Source: Candidatus Dojkabacteria bacterium | GTDB lineage: Bacteria > Patescibacteriota > Dojkabacteria > SC72 | NCBI GenBank assembly: GCA_016182915.1 | Contig: JACPFP010000003.1 | Span: forward strand, 315,685-379,684 | Reading direction: 5' to 3' | DNA: 64,000 nucleotides | Shown: piece after piece, positions 30,434 through 39,881 of the stretch | How the letters are laid out: each line of letters starts with the position of its first letter | Numbering within the stretch: the stretch's first letter is position 1 | Position numbers and translations under genes: made by a program | The notes under the pieces: generated by a model | What the model was told of the DNA's origin: nothing | Seen by the model: only the letters and a program-made list of their open reading frames with translations | The model's database searches: none

Positions 30434-30901
30434 TTAGGTTATTTTTAAAACTCTAAATTTCTTCTGAACATGACCGATCTGAACCTCGACTGTATCTCCC
30501 AACTTAGCACCCAAAAGAGCTTTTCCAACAGGGGATTCATCCGAAATTTTCTTCGATAGCGGATCAGCTTCAATTGAAGATACAATCAGATACTCCTCCT
30601 GAAAGTTTTCAAAACCAACTGTCACCTTAGAGCCAACTTCAACCTTTGTATATTTTCCATCTCCGTCTATAACCTGAGAACTTCCAAGAATTTCCTTAAT
30701 TTCAATAATTCTCTTCTCAAGATATTCTTTCTCATCAAGTACATCTACAAATGGGTAATCGTCTTCATCTGTTGGTTGCCGTCTTATAAAGTCTAAACGG
30801 TCTGCAATCTCATCTCGGCCTTTAGTTTCCAATTCTGCGAGTTCTTTTTCTAACGCTAACTTCTTTTCAGAAGATATTTTATATTTCTTCCCGAATATCA
30901 T
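30434..30901 (-). CDS. GreA/GreB-family factor, non-canonical tip
   Basis: C-terminal EADP...ISDESPVGKALLG; tip QPTDEDDYPF instead of GDLSENAEY. Confidence 0.85.
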   Translation of the reverse strand: MIFGKKYKISSEKKLALEKELAELETKGRDEIADRLDFIRRQPTDEDDYPFVDVLDEKEYLEKRIIEIKEILGSSQVIDGDGKYTKVEVGSKVTVGFENFQEEYLIVSSIEADPLSKKISDESPVGKALLGAKLGDTVEVQIGHVQKKFRVLKIT

Positions 30902-30959
30902 GTTACTAAATTCAATTAACTTAGCTTCCTACGATTTCAGTATCAGCTGATGGATTAAA

Positions 30960-31646
30960 TCATAACTTTTCACTTTTTACAATATCAGGGCGCTTTTTCA
31001 TAGTGATTTCCCTTGACTTATTATCCCTCCATACTGCTATTTGACTATGATTACCTCTCAAAAGAACCTCTGGAACCTTCATCCCTCTGAAATCTTCTGG
31101 TCGGGTATACTGAGGGTACTCCAAGGTATTATCTGTAAATGACTCGGAAATTGCAGATTGGTCATTGCCTAAAACGCCAGGGAGAAGCCTTAAAATGCCA
31201 TCTATAATTACAAGAGTGGGTAACTCTCCTCCAGAGAGAATATAATCCCCTATAGAAATATTTATATCAACTAGGGTATCTAAGATCCTTTGGTCGAAGC
31301 CTTCATAGTGTCCGCATAGAAAGATATAGTGTTCATTACTACTATCCGATAGTTTACGAAGAGTTGACTGTTTTAAAGGGGTTCCGTGTGGTGTAGTGGC
31401 TATAACTTTGGTGTTTTCTTTCTTCAACTCCATAATAGCATCGTAGATAGGTTCAATCTTCATTACCATACCCGCTCCTCCTCCATATGGCTTGTCGTCA
31501 ACACTTTTATGATTATCATTCGTCCATTTCCTAAGGTCATGAACTTCAACCTCTACTACTTTTTTCTGCTGAGCAATTCTAAAAATTCCGAACTTTAGAA
31601 ACTGCTCAATCTGTTGTGGGAAGATAGTAATAATATCAATTTTCAT
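30960..31646 (-). CDS. trmD: tRNA (guanine-N1)-methyltransferase
   Basis: DDKPYGGGAGMV, CGHYEGFDQR, SIGDYILSGGE, YPQYTRP. Confidence 0.98.
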   Translation of the reverse strand: MKIDIITIFPQQIEQFLKFGIFRIAQQKKVVEVEVHDLRKWTNDNHKSVDDKPYGGGAGMVMKIEPIYDAIMELKKENTKVIATTPHGTPLKQSTLRKLSDSSNEHYIFLCGHYEGFDQRILDTLVDINISIGDYILSGGELPTLVIIDGILRLLPGVLGNDQSAISESFTDNTLEYPQYTRPEDFRGMKVPEVLLRGNHSQIAVWRDNKSREITMKKRPDIVKSEKL

Positions 31647-31708
31647 ACCTTCTATTATACTAAATTATGAGACAGGTAGTACAGATAATAGTTGACTCAA
31701 AAGCAATC

Positions 31709-33472
31709 TTATTTCAAGGATGGCTGAGCTTTCGTAAAGCCGCCGCTTTGGAGCGTCCAAAGTTTAGAATATATACCTTTTGATTTAACTAATTCATCAT
31801 GCCTCCCTTGTTCAACAAGCTTACCCTTATCTATGACAAATATTCTATCTACATTTTTAATAGTACTTAATCTATGGGCAATAACAATTGTTGTGGTCCC
31901 CCTACTTAGCTCTTTGAAGGCTTTCTGGATAGCAGCTTCACTTTCACTATCAAGCATACTTGTCGCCTCATCAAAGATTATAATCTTTGGATTCTTTAGT
32001 AACACCCTAGCTATAGCCACTCTTTGTTTCTGTCCTCCACTCAGCTTTATTCCTCTCTCTCCAACGACCGTTTCTAATCCATTTGGTAGTGACTTAATAA
32101 AATCAAAAATTTGTGCTTTCTGACATGCATCAATAATCTCATCCATCCGTGAATCAAGATCCTCTTCATTTGGACTTAATGCATATCCAATATTGTATTT
32201 AAGGGATCGATTAAATAGGATAGGTTCTTGAGGGACAACACCAATTAATTCGTTTACGTTATCGGTACCCAGTTTCCTAATATCATGGCCATCAACTAAA
32301 ACCGCCCCCCGATTTACATCATAGTATCTTAAAAGAAGGCGAACTAGTGTAGATTTTCCACCTCCAGAGGGACCTACAAAAGCAACTGTTTCTCCAGCTG
32401 GAATACTCATGCTAATACCAGAGATAATGCCATTGTCCTCGTTATATGCGAAACTAACATCTTGATACTCTACCCCGCCTTTTGGATCGGCAATCTCTTC
32501 TGGTTTTTCAGGCTCATCAATTGATGACTTTGAGTCCATAAGTTCATAGATATCCTCAATAACAGGGATATTTTTAAATATCTCTCTCATACTAAAGACA
32601 AAAGACATAACCTTATTTGAGATCTGGATAAGGTATGTAACAACAACGACGATTGAACCTGCATCCAAACTCTCTCTCATATATACAAGACCTGTACTAC
32701 CGATTACAAAGATTAGGATGCCGCCAAAACGAGACATAAAGTCTATTAATCTGAAGGAATTTTGATAGGTAAGGACCGCATCGATATTTTTACTTACTAG
32801 TTTGGATACATAACTGATTTCATCTTTTTTTCTTGCAAATACTCTAACTGTTTCATAATTAGTAACTCCATCTATAATTGCACTATTTCTTGCATATTCA
32901 GCCTCCTTAAGTATATATCTTGTCTTCATATTATACTTAATAGCAATAGACTGTAGCGGTACAATTATAAGAAGGGACAATACGATAAGAAGAGCTACTT
33001 CTCGTGAAATAAAAACCATTATGACAATGGGAATTATCAATGAAAATAAGTTTTCCCAAGCCCAATACTCAAAATTCCAAAAGAAGATTAGAGGTACAGT
33101 ATCTGCATTCATTATTTTTGATACTACTTTTCCAGTCTCCTTATTCGTATGGAAAGCATAATCTAAAGACATAACCCTTTTATAAAGGATATTCATAAGA
33201 TCTCCCATAACTTTGGCATATACATACGCCTTTGGAAGAAAGGTTGCAGGTTCAAGCAATAGCGGTAGGGCGATAACAACTCCAATTATAATTAAGGGGG
33301 TTATAATATCCCCTCCTGTTTGAATAGCATTCACAAGATTCTTTAGACGAAAAATCGCATAGTTACTGAAGAAAAGAAGAAACATTGAGAAAAATAAACC
33401 TATTAGATATATCCACCTATACTTCATAGCAAGTTTTACAGTACGGAAGTATAGTTTTAGTATTTTTTTCAT
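31709..33472 (-). CDS. ABC exporter, fused permease/ATPase
   Basis: TM domain, GPSGGGKST, LSGGQKQR, FDEATS, IAHRLST. Confidence 0.95.
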   Translation of the reverse strand: MKKILKLYFRTVKLAMKYRWIYLIGLFFSMFLLFFSNYAIFRLKNLVNAIQTGGDIITPLIIIGVVIALPLLLEPATFLPKAYVYAKVMGDLMNILYKRVMSLDYAFHTNKETGKVVSKIMNADTVPLIFFWNFEYWAWENLFSLIIPIVIMVFISREVALLIVLSLLIIVPLQSIAIKYNMKTRYILKEAEYARNSAIIDGVTNYETVRVFARKKDEISYVSKLVSKNIDAVLTYQNSFRLIDFMSRFGGILIFVIGSTGLVYMRESLDAGSIVVVVTYLIQISNKVMSFVFSMREIFKNIPVIEDIYELMDSKSSIDEPEKPEEIADPKGGVEYQDVSFAYNEDNGIISGISMSIPAGETVAFVGPSGGGKSTLVRLLLRYYDVNRGAVLVDGHDIRKLGTDNVNELIGVVPQEPILFNRSLKYNIGYALSPNEEDLDSRMDEIIDACQKAQIFDFIKSLPNGLETVVGERGIKLSGGQKQRVAIARVLLKNPKIIIFDEATSMLDSESEAAIQKAFKELSRGTTTIVIAHRLSTIKNVDRIFVIDKGKLVEQGRHDELVKSKGIYSKLWTLQSGGFTKAQPSLK

Positions 33473-33491
33473 TTACTTTCAGATGAACTGG

Positions 33492-33566
33492 TGGTGCCGC
33501 CACAGGGAATCGAACCCTGGTTACATGATTGAGAATCATGAGTCCTAACCGTTAGACGATGGCGGC
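33492..33566 (-). tRNA. tRNA-Glu(CTC), CCA encoded
   Basis: GCCGCCATCGTCTAACGGTTAGGACTCATGATTCTCAATCATGTAACCAGGGTTCGATTCCCTGTGGCGGCACCA. Confidence 0.96.
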
Positions 33567-33674
33567 TAACCTTAAACTTTCGCATTTTATCAGAAATTGA
33601 CATTAGAATCTATAAGATATATCATTAAATACAGTAAAAATCTCCCAATTTTATTTATGATGTTATTCGTAAAG

Positions 33675-34133
33675 ATGAAGAATCAATACCTTGTTACTGC
33701 TGAAGGATTAGAAAAATTGAAAAGTGAACTCGAGCTAAGAGAAAACGTCAAGAGAGTTGATATTAAAAAGACGCTTGAAGAGATGCGAGCACAGGGTGAT
33801 TTAAGAGAAAATGATGGCTATACCCTTGCAACAGAGGACTTTAAATCAAACGAGTCAGAGATACTTAGACTTAAGGAATTAATTACCAATGCAAAGATTG
33901 TTAAAGCTGTAAGAAAGGATACTATTGAGATTGGTGATTCCGTTACAGTAAGTGATAAGGATGGTTCCATAAAAACATTCAAAATTGGTGGTACAAATGA
34001 GAGCGATCCGGGTCAGAATATTATTTCTAACTCTTCTCCACTAGGGAAAGCCCTTATCGGGAAAAAGGTTGGAGATAGTGTAAAGGTAATTACCCCAAGA
34101 GGATCGATTGAATATACAGTAAAAGAGGTTTAA
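33675..34133 (+). CDS. greA: Transcription elongation factor GreA
   Basis: VTAEGLEKLKSEL, QGDLRENDGY, ISNSSPLGKALIG; start set at MKNQY. Confidence 0.9.
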   Translation: MKNQYLVTAEGLEKLKSELELRENVKRVDIKKTLEEMRAQGDLRENDGYTLATEDFKSNESEILRLKELITNAKIVKAVRKDTIEIGDSVTVSDKDGSIKTFKIGGTNESDPGQNIISNSSPLGKALIGKKVGDSVKVITPRGSIEYTVKEV

Positions 34134-34141
34134 ATCCAAAG

Positions 34142-34846
34142 CTAATTGTGAAGATGGGTTCCAGATTCTAATACGGATTCCAGTTTCTTTCTAGCTTGAA
34201 GGGTTTTTCCCCCCGAGACCCAAAATGAAATTCCCTTATTTTCTGAGAAAAGGGCACATTCAACACTTATAGGGATATGTAGATTAGGGGTATGCTCGTC
34301 ATTACGGTTAGTTATTTTAAACATTTTTCGATACTTCTCCCATGTAATATCGCTTATTAGTTTGGCTTTGGGATCCAACTTAGGATCACTTGTATATAAC
34401 CCTTCAATATCAGAGAGTTTATGGACCTTCTTAGAACCAAGGATATCTGCAAAGACTACCGCATCCATATCTGTGCTCCACCCATGCCTCAGACCTCCAG
34501 AAACCATAACTCCAACCCCATGCATAAGGAACTCATAGGCCTCCCCAAGTGTTTCTGGGTTAAAAATATTTTTATCACCTAAGAATCCTTTAAGAATATA
34601 GGCATTTGTCTGTGTTAATTCCATATTAACAGAATGAACATCATTGATATTTCGAATATATCCTTTAACAATATTTCCAACCTCTCTTGATAGTTTTCCA
34701 CCTCCAACTACAAAAACTATTAGATCATATCTATCTCTATTTCTTTTGTACCAGTCCTTAATCATAGTTAAGACTTCGGAATTAAGTACTAGACCGTTTT
34801 TATACATTAAAGATCCTCCAACTTTTATAACAAGGTTTTTTCCCAC
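34142..34846 (-). CDS. pyrH: UMP kinase, archaeal-like
   Basis: VIKVGGS, VVGGGKLSR, GGLRHGWSTD, GLYTSDPK. Confidence 0.8.
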   Translation of the reverse strand: MGKNLVIKVGGSLMYKNGLVLNSEVLTMIKDWYKRNRDRYDLIVFVVGGGKLSREVGNIVKGYIRNINDVHSVNMELTQTNAYILKGFLGDKNIFNPETLGEAYEFLMHGVGVMVSGGLRHGWSTDMDAVVFADILGSKKVHKLSDIEGLYTSDPKLDPKAKLISDITWEKYRKMFKITNRNDEHTPNLHIPISVECALFSENKGISFWVSGGKTLQARKKLESVLESGTHLHN

Positions 34847-35643
34847 TATAGACTGAGTATTAAAATTATTGCCATAAGCGTGTACATAATAGATGGGATA
34901 TAGTCCTCCAGCTTTCTAGCTCCAGAGAATCTGACATTCCAAGTTGATATAATTAGGTAGTATGCAGAAGTTACAAGTGCAGGTTGCATATAGATATTCA
35001 AGCCTCTTGTGTACCAGGTAACCAAAGTTACAGCCAACGAGAAAAGGATTGCGATTAAAGTAGATTCAAGTTCCATCTTCCTATGAGCGTAGAGCATATG
35101 ATGCAGAGAGAGGATTGTGAAAAGGAAAACCATTAGCACCATAATTCTGTCATCTAATCCCACTCTATTAAGAACCGAAACCAACATATAGAATATGAAT
35201 ATATTTATGAAGTCATAAACAAAGCGCGTCATTGAATCCACGAAGTATAGTTTCTCAAGGGAAGATCTGATTCTTAGCATAAGGAGGAAGTATATAACTA
35301 CAGAAATAGTAATTATTATCTGGCTTATATAGGCATTCTCATTAAAGAAAAGGAAGAGGGCAAGGGAGAGCCAGAGAGTTACAGGCATAATTACATAGGA
35401 AAAGAGTCTGGACTTCAAGTTAACGTACATGAGTGTAGCACTCTTTTTTGAGACCTTTTTCCTACCAAAGGCCTTAAGGGTTGTAACAAACCAAGAGTAG
35501 ATAAGTAAGAGCCCAAGAAGAGAGGTAAGACCATAAAGGAGAGGGGTAACTGTAAACTGTCTTGTTACAAGAAGCTCTAATGTGAGAAATATATATGAGC
35601 CATATACAAACTCTCTTTTAAATTGTTTTATTAGTGTAAACAT
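34846..35643 (-). CDS. Multi-pass membrane protein of unknown function
   Basis: About 9 hydrophobic segments; start set at MFTLIK. Confidence 0.75.
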   Translation of the reverse strand: MFTLIKQFKREFVYGSYIFLTLELLVTRQFTVTPLLYGLTSLLGLLLIYSWFVTTLKAFGRKKVSKKSATLMYVNLKSRLFSYVIMPVTLWLSLALFLFFNENAYISQIIITISVVIYFLLMLRIRSSLEKLYFVDSMTRFVYDFINIFIFYMLVSVLNRVGLDDRIMVLMVFLFTILSLHHMLYAHRKMELESTLIAILFSLAVTLVTWYTRGLNIYMQPALVTSAYYLIISTWNVRFSGARKLEDYIPSIMYTLMAIILILSL

Positions 35644-35645
35644 AA

Positions 35646-36992
35646 TTATAGAATTGAACCTCCGAATCCATTTAAGGTACCGACAAGAAGCAGTAACCAC
35701 CACATAGAAAGAGAAAGAAGATTCCCTTTATGTTCCTTAAACATACCCTTCCTTGCATAGACAACGATTTCAATCAGAAGGAGGAGAAATATAAATATTA
35801 CAAAGAGAGTATTAACAGAATCCTTAATATTAACGTTACTAAGAAAACCTGCTAATACCGCCCCTTCTTTAGTATCAAATCTATCGGTAATCTCAAGTTC
35901 AAGAGTATTTCCGTGCTTATCACTGGCGACAAGTACAACCTTTTCCCCTGCTTCAACCGAATCAATCGAAACAAGATACCTGTCGGCATCAAAGGATGCT
36001 GGATATGTTACAGATCCTACAACAACAGCGATGTCGGGATTCTCCTCCTCAGTGACAATCTCAATAGTCCAACTACCCACCCCACTTATAACCTTAATAT
36101 CTTCATCCGCTATTTGTGGAGGAGTGCTGTCTACCTCGAAAGCGACCTCATCCTTAACATCGCTGCTGTTTAAGACTGCACTGATTTTATTATCTCCCTC
36201 TTTCCAATCTGAATTTCTGTTAAATTCCCATAATCCACCGTTTGTACTTAACTTTCCAACTACCTTCTCCTGCGCATATACATCAACTGTGTAATCTCCA
36301 GTTACATTTTTCACCTCTCCTTTCAGATCGAAACCTGGATCATTTACTACCGATCCCTCAACAGGATACGTAATCTTTATGCTTTTAATATCACCAGTCT
36401 CAACCTGTTCCTCAACAGAATTTGGATTAGATGGGGCGGAGGGAGTTGTAATGGAAGTTGTATTACCAAACATCTGAACAACCAGAATAATCTCCTCATC
36501 TAGAAGAACCCCTGAAAGGACTGCGACTCCGATATCTTTGTAGTTACCACTCAAAATATTCTCTCTATGAGTTGGGCTTGCCATCCAAGCCTGTACTACC
36601 CCTTCAGAGCTTTTGAAACCTTTAGCGAGATTCTCTCCTGCAAAAACATAAACATAGCCCGATGCTTTTATAAACTGCCAAGGGGTTTCTCCATTTGGAC
36701 CGAAGTGATCCCAATACTGCTCTTTAAACATATTATTTGCCTTCGCCAAGGCTGCAGAGTTGAGTTTTGCGTTCTCTCTTAATATTGTGAGTCCATACTT
36801 TTGCCTTTCCTGATTTGTAAGTTGAATAATGTTATTTTTGCTAATACTGCTAGCCTGGGCCTTTGATATACCTAAAACCCCACCGAGGGTATTTACGGAA
36901 AGAAGTATCAATGTATATGATATTAACGCTACATTCCTAAGTAGGTACGGTTTAAAACTATTCCCTTTATTTGGTACGAACCAGTTTATCAA
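35646..36992 (-). CDS. CAP/SCP domain surface protein with Ig-like domains
   Basis: LTNQER, YWDH, AGENLA, WMASPTHRENIL; VDSTPP linker; C-terminal TMs. Confidence 0.9.
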   Translation of the reverse strand: MINWFVPNKGNSFKPYLLRNVALISYTLILLSVNTLGGVLGISKAQASSISKNNIIQLTNQERQKYGLTILRENAKLNSAALAKANNMFKEQYWDHFGPNGETPWQFIKASGYVYVFAGENLAKGFKSSEGVVQAWMASPTHRENILSGNYKDIGVAVLSGVLLDEEIILVVQMFGNTTSITTPSAPSNPNSVEEQVETGDIKSIKITYPVEGSVVNDPGFDLKGEVKNVTGDYTVDVYAQEKVVGKLSTNGGLWEFNRNSDWKEGDNKISAVLNSSDVKDEVAFEVDSTPPQIADEDIKVISGVGSWTIEIVTEEENPDIAVVVGSVTYPASFDADRYLVSIDSVEAGEKVVLVASDKHGNTLELEITDRFDTKEGAVLAGFLSNVNIKDSVNTLFVIFIFLLLLIEIVVYARKGMFKEHKGNLLSLSMWWLLLLVGTLNGFGGSIL

Positions 36993-37088
36993 GTTAAGCA
37001 GTATTTAAATAACTCTATACATATTAAAATATATACCCATTCTTGGCAATTAAATAATAATCAAGGTATCATCAGATAAATAAATAAT

Positions 37089-38174
37089 GTGAAGATTAAA
37101 CAGATGTTTAAATATTTCTATTCCATACTCTTCTTTCTTCTGATGACAACATCGGCTTTAGCAAATAATGGAGATGCTATTTATAAGGGAAGAATAATGG
37201 ATATAAAGAAGAGTAACGTAATGGAGAACACTACGGACTACAAGGCCACTGTAAAGCTCCTAGACGGTCCTAAAAAGGGTGAAACAGTGGTTTTAAACCA
37301 AACAGTACTTATAGGAGAAACCGCTCTTAACTACAAGGTTGGAGACAAGGTCCTTTTAACCCAATCGAAAGATTTAGAAAATAAGGATACTTTCTACATT
37401 ACAGATTACTATAGATCTGACAGTCTACTTCTTCTTTTTGCACTATTTATAGTTGTAACAGTCTTTGTAGCAGGAAAACACGGCCTTATGGCAATAATTT
37501 CAATGGTTGTTTCATTCTTAATAATTTCGAAACTTACCCTCCCCCTTATTGTTTCAGGTAATAATGCAATATTTGTAACTACAATTACCGCCCTTCTTCT
37601 AATCCCAACGATATTCTATATTTCCCACGGCTTTACAAAGAAGGCCAATATTGCAATCGTCGGCGTACTTATCGCCATCCTCATTACCTCTCTTCTAACA
37701 ATGTACTTTGTAAATATTACATACATCACAGGGTTAACCGATGATGACACATTATTTCTCCAATTTTTCAGTGAGGGTAGTTTTGATTTAAGAAGTATAT
37801 ATATTGCAGGTGTAATAATCAGTTTAAGTGGAATTCTAGACGATGCTACCATCTCACAGGTATCAATAGTTGAGCAGTTGAAAAAGGCTGGAAAGAAACT
37901 TTCAGCATACGATCTGTATAAAAGAGCTATGGGAGTGGGGAAAGATCATATATCATCCATGATTAATACTCTTGTGCTTGTATACGCAGGTTCCTCTCTT
38001 CCATTACTGCTAATCTTTTTAAATACTCAGTATCCTCCAAGTCAATTAGTGAATCTTGAGGTTATCACTGAAGAGGTTGTAAGGACTTTGGTGGGAAGTA
38101 TTGGCTTAATACTAGCAATACCAATAACTACATACATTGCGGCTAGATACTATAGTGAAAAGGGAAAAGAATAG
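37089..38174 (+). CDS. YibE/F family membrane protein
   Basis: GILDDATISQ, VGKDHISSMINTLVLVYAGSSLP, EEVVRTLVGSIG. Confidence 0.92.
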   Translation: MKIKQMFKYFYSILFFLLMTTSALANNGDAIYKGRIMDIKKSNVMENTTDYKATVKLLDGPKKGETVVLNQTVLIGETALNYKVGDKVLLTQSKDLENKDTFYITDYYRSDSLLLLFALFIVVTVFVAGKHGLMAIISMVVSFLIISKLTLPLIVSGNNAIFVTTITALLLIPTIFYISHGFTKKANIAIVGVLIAILITSLLTMYFVNITYITGLTDDDTLFLQFFSEGSFDLRSIYIAGVIISLSGILDDATISQVSIVEQLKKAGKKLSAYDLYKRAMGVGKDHISSMINTLVLVYAGSSLPLLLIFLNTQYPPSQLVNLEVITEEVVRTLVGSIGLILAIPITTYIAARYYSEKGKE

Positions 38175-38176
38175 GG

Positions 38177-38515
38177 TTATTCCCATTCAGGAAGCTCATA
38201 CTCAGAACAAAAATCAATAAAGCTGTCGTACTTGTCGCCAAAAGCCTCTTTTAGTTCGTCCCGTTCAGCTAGATACAATCTTTCATCACCGATGATTTCA
38301 ACGATACATGATACTAAGATGGTAATTTCACCTTTATGCCTTATCGGAAAACATCGTACACCTCCGTTATCTACCCAGGGCTTGATTACAAGGGAGGGTA
38401 AAACGTTAAGTTCCTCCTCATAGCGTAAATATAGCTCCCCATCTCGATCATGAAATGCACCCAAGAGCTCTTTACGAGATGTAGAAGCGTTGATTTTTGG
38501 TAATGGGATTGTCAT
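38177..38515 (-). CDS. Hypothetical protein
   Basis: 112-aa ORF, TATAAT 6 nt before ATG. Confidence 0.55.
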   Translation of the reverse strand: MTIPLPKINASTSRKELLGAFHDRDGELYLRYEEELNVLPSLVIKPWVDNGGVRCFPIRHKGEITILVSCIVEIIGDERLYLAERDELKEAFGDKYDSFIDFCSEYELPEWE

Positions 38516-38588
38516 ATGGAGATTATAATGGAAAAGAGAGGGTTATACAATGTATTGTGTAAGTGGAAACTTTTTCTTTATATCAATT

Positions 38589-38649
38589 AAAAGGGGCCCT
38601 GCATCTTACAGATAAATATTAAATAGATATCTATAAGAATCAGGGCCCC
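38589..38649 (-). terminator. Long-stem intrinsic terminator downstream of hup
   Basis: GGGGCCCTG-ATTCTTATAGATA...TATCTGTAAGAT-GCAGGGCCCC-TTTT on minus strand. Confidence 0.75.
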
Positions 38650-38687
38650 AGTAATACTTCTCTTATACAGAGAAATACCGGCAGCTA

Positions 38688-38960
38688 TTACTTAACAGCC
38701 ATCTTAAGAGCTTTTCCAGCTTTGAAAGCAGGAACTTTAGAAGCAGGAAGATTAATCTTAGACAAAGTCTTAGGATTGATTCCTACTCTTGCTGCTCTGG
38801 TTCGAACTTCGAACTTACCGAAACCTGTGAGAAGAACAGAGTCCCCTTTCTTAAGAGCTCCAGTAACTGCATCGAGCATAGCATCTACAGCCATAGTTGC
38901 TTGCTTCTTTGTGAGACCAGCTGCAGCTGCAACTGAATCAACAACTTGTTGCTTTAACAT
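38688..38960 (-). CDS. hup: Histone-like DNA-binding protein HU
   Basis: GFGKFEVRTRAARVGINPKT, PAFKAGKALK. Confidence 0.97.
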   Translation of the reverse strand: MLKQQVVDSVAAAAGLTKKQATMAVDAMLDAVTGALKKGDSVLLTGFGKFEVRTRAARVGINPKTLSKINLPASKVPAFKAGKALKMAVK

Positions 38961-39080
38961 ATGAGTATACCTCCTTTCTTAAAGAGTTAGAAAGCAAACT
39001 ATTCTTATATTAATAGTCATAGTTATGCTATCTAATCCTAAAATATTGGAATTAGAGATAAATGTCAATATTGTGTGTAA

Positions 39081-39872
39081 TTATAGGGTTTTGTTTATAC
39101 GTTTGATACTCTTTGCAGAGGTTGGTCCATCAATCTCAATAACCACAGCATCAAATCTAACCGGCCCCTCTTCTTCAATTTCATAACGTGGAGAGTATGG
39201 GTACATATTCTGTTGGAAAACAATCTCCTTTTTTACCCAGAGAGATGAATCAAGTGGTCCAACCATCCCGACATCTGTTATATATGCAGAATGGCTTGGT
39301 AATAGCCTTTCATCGGCAGTCGGGATATGGGTATGTGTACCTAAAACAGCACTTACTTTGCCATCAAAGTATAGACCAAATGAGACCTTTTCGGACGTAG
39401 ACTCAGCATGCATTTCGGTTAGAATTCCTGCGTAGTCATCAGGGTTTATCTGTTTCATGAGCTGTTCCATACGTCTAAACGGCTCGCTAATAGTGCGCTC
39501 ATTCATGAATCCGTAGCCTATAACAGTGATTACTAGAAGTTTACCTTTTTTACCTAAATCTATCTCTCCAAAACCCTTTCCAGGAAGGTCATCAGGGTAG
39601 TTAAGACCTCTAATTATTGGAAAATCTCCGGAAAGAAGGTCGTGGAAGTCTGGTCTTCGCCATATATGATTACCGGCAGTCATGAAATCCACACCATAGT
39701 ACATCAGTTCGTTTACTGTCTCAACTGTAGCTCCCCTACCATGCGCAGAGTTCTCGATGTTAGTTATAACTACATCAATCTTCTCCTTGGCTTTAATCTC
39801 TGGTAGCAGGTCTCTTACAGCCCTCCTACCAGGTTTTCCGCATACATCACCTATAAATAGTACTCTAATCAT
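39081..39872 (-). CDS. ymdB: YmdB-like metallophosphoesterase (TIGR00282 type)
   Basis: FIGDVCGKPGR, GNH, HAESTSEK, GTHTHIPTAD, TDVGM; follows rny. Confidence 0.93.
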   Translation of the reverse strand: MIRVLFIGDVCGKPGRRAVRDLLPEIKAKEKIDVVITNIENSAHGRGATVETVNELMYYGVDFMTAGNHIWRRPDFHDLLSGDFPIIRGLNYPDDLPGKGFGEIDLGKKGKLLVITVIGYGFMNERTISEPFRRMEQLMKQINPDDYAGILTEMHAESTSEKVSFGLYFDGKVSAVLGTHTHIPTADERLLPSHSAYITDVGMVGPLDSSLWVKKEIVFQQNMYPYSPRYEIEEEGPVRFDAVVIEIDGPTSAKSIKRINKTL

Positions 39873-39881
39873 AATCTACAA

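Noticed and set aside
33489-33494. CCACCA after tRNA-Glu
   Set aside because: A second CCA in the trailer is plausible by chance; no functional evidence
38657-38672. TCTCTTATACA resembling a Tn5/Nextera mosaic end
   Set aside because: Only a partial match and explained by a local hairpin
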